From the NCBI GenBank assembly GCA_963803125.1, contig CAWDLR010000003.1, positions 2,579,548 to 2,643,547 on the forward strand: a stretch of DNA of 64,000 nt, written 5' to 3'. The position numbers were made by a program, and so were the translations under genes. How positions within the stretch are numbered: position 1 is the first letter of the stretch; every line of letters starts with the position of its first letter. Below the pieces are notes generated by a model, which searched no databases, was not told where the DNA came from, and saw nothing but the letters and a program-made list of their open reading frames with translations. This DNA is from an uncultured Planctomycetaceae bacterium (lineage in GTDB: Bacteria; Planctomycetota; Planctomycetia; Pirellulales; Thermoguttaceae). Shown one piece after another: positions 62,900 through 64,000 of the stretch.

Positions 62900-63655
62900 T
62901 CACTCGGCCAGAGTCTTGTAGAAGGGGGAAAGCAGCGAGGCCGCGGGCGGGTCGAGGTAGAGGGTCGCGTGCGGGTGTTGTTGCAGGATCGAGGCCGGCA
63001 CAAGCGGCGTCACCGGTCCCTCGACCGCCGCCCGTACCGCTTCGGCCTTGCGGCGATCGGGGACGCTGCAAACGATCATTCGCGACTTCATGATCTGCCG
63101 GATCGACATGCTGATCGCCCGCGTGGGCACGTCGGCGAGCGTGGGGAACCAGCCTTCGCCGAGCTGCTGTCGCCGGCAGGCGGCGTCGAGTTCGACCGCG
63201 ATATACGGCGCTTCGGTCTGGAAATCGGCCGGGGGATCGTTGAAGGCCAGATGTCCGTTTTCGCCAATCCCCACCAATGCCACGTCGATCGGATGCTCCT
63301 GGATCAACTCGCCAAGGCGGCGGCACTCCGCAGCAGGTTCGGACTCGCCGTCAACGTAGTGGAAAGCGCGGAGCGGCACGCGGTCGACAAGTCGCTCGCG
63401 GAGATAGCGGCGGAAAGACGCCGGGTGCGACGCCGGCAGGCCGAGGTACTCGTCGAGATGAAAACCGACGACGCGGGGCCACTCGATCCCGGCGGCGGCA
63501 ACCAGGGCCGCCAGCACCGCAAACTGCGAAGCGCCGGTAGCGACGACGATGTTGGCCTGGCCGCGCTGGCGGATAGCGTGGCGGATGCCCTCCGCGGCAT
63601 CGGCCGCGGCGTGGCGTGCCATGCTGCTAGAATCCCGGAAAAGCGCAATCTTCAT
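62900..63655 (-). CDS. nagB: Glucosamine-6-phosphate deaminase
   Basis: [38 protein letters not shown]. Confidence 0.85.
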   Translation of the reverse strand: MKIALFRDSSSMARHAAADAAEGIRHAIRQRGQANIVVATGASQFAVLAALVAAAGIEWPRVVGFHLDEYLGLPASHPASFRRYLRERLVDRVPLRAFHYVDGESEPAAECRRLGELIQEHPIDVALVGIGENGHLAFNDPPADFQTEAPYIAVELDAACRRQQLGEGWFPTLADVPTRAISMSIRQIMKSRMIVCSVPDRRKAEAVRAAVEGPVTPLVPASILQQHPHATLYLDPPAASLLSPFYKTLAE

Positions 63656-63688
63656 CGGCAGAATAGCTTAGAAGCTGCCTCATAGCCC

Positions 63689-63745
63689 GTAGGTTATGCT
63701 TCAGCATAACAAGAGACAGGGCTGTTATGCTAAAGCATAACCTAC
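63689..63745. repeat. REP family E pair
   Basis: Arms at 63689-63710 and 63724-63745, between nagB and the PEP-CTERM gene. Confidence 0.85.
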
Positions 63746-63774
63746 CTGTTTGCCGCTCGTGCCGGACGCCCGGA

Positions 63775-64000
63775 TCAATGCTTGAAGCGGCGGACTGTCA
63801 CCGCCAGCCAGCTTGCCAACCCCAGCAGCGACCAGACAATGACCGTCGCCGGCTCGGGAGCAGTAATATCCGACACGCAGACGCCGCACATCATCGGCGG
63901 AAGACTGATGTCACCGAACGCCTGGAAACTTGCGAAAGCCTTGCTGGAGGCAGCGGAAAAATCCAGACTTTCGGCGACCCAAGGAATCAGGGGCACGTCC
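63775..64000 (-). CDS. PEP-CTERM protein, 3' end only (N-terminus beyond the window)
   Basis: C-terminal APEPATVIVWSLLGLASWLAVTVRRFKH. The frame is open to the window edge. Confidence 0.5.
   Translation of the reverse strand, partial: DVPLIPWVAESLDFSAASSKAFASFQAFGDISLPPMMCGVCVSDITAPEPATVIVWSLLGLASWLAVTVRRFKH

Noticed and set aside
61788-62921. 377-aa + strand ORF opposite nagA
   Set aside because: Antisense to nagA, which has recognisable amidohydrolase motifs.
1-64000. tRNA, rRNA and tmRNA genes
   Set aside because: No cloverleaf-like or rRNA-like segment was recognised in the intergenic regions by eye. A tRNAscan or Infernal run is needed to be certain.

Overview
High-GC bacterial chromosomal segment. 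The gene content points to Planctomycetota (Pirellulales-like), but that is an inference: PEP-CTERM proteins, DUF1080, a BlaI/BlaR1-M56 pair, T2SS-like pseudopilins and giant CcsA/ArnT-like membrane proteins. About 50 protein genes are supportable. I recognised no rRNA, tRNA or CRISPR.

Main blocks:
- 1-11990: a type II secretion-like cluster. A secretin lies on the + strand and a gspG-H-I-J-K-L-M-order operon on the - strand.
- 12.4-17.5 kb: a sugar-regulator and PEP-CTERM locus.
- 17.9-20.7 kb: blaI/blaR1-like pair.
- 20.7-44.8 kb: housekeeping genes (KAS III, rpmA, RR-HD-GYP, folD, DUF1080, ccsBA, nrdJ, a 2-hydroxyacid dehydrogenase, yqgE).
- 44.9-48.0 kb: two IS elements.
- 48.2-56.5 kb: comEC, then two ArnT-like GT39 genes flanking a PAP2 phosphatase.
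- 56.8-58.3 kb: a small lower-GC HTH/NYN/small-protein island.
- 59.0-63.7 kb: Pat-type acetyltransferase and nagBA.

Most unusual signals:
1. At least 13 families of REP-like palindromic elements litter the window.
2. Many of these sit in frame inside CDSs.
3. REP arrays occupy the leader-peptide regions of two pseudopilin genes.
4. Five genes look split by 1-nt frameshifts (gspL-like, folD, ccsB, the ISKra4-like transposase, one ArnT-like gene).
5. Two lower-GC accessory modules are present: an orphan Orc1/Cdc6-like AAA+ ATPase, and a NYN nuclease with a small partner ORF.

All coordinates were derived by hand from the sequence and ORF track. Functions are inferred from motifs I recognise, not from database searches.
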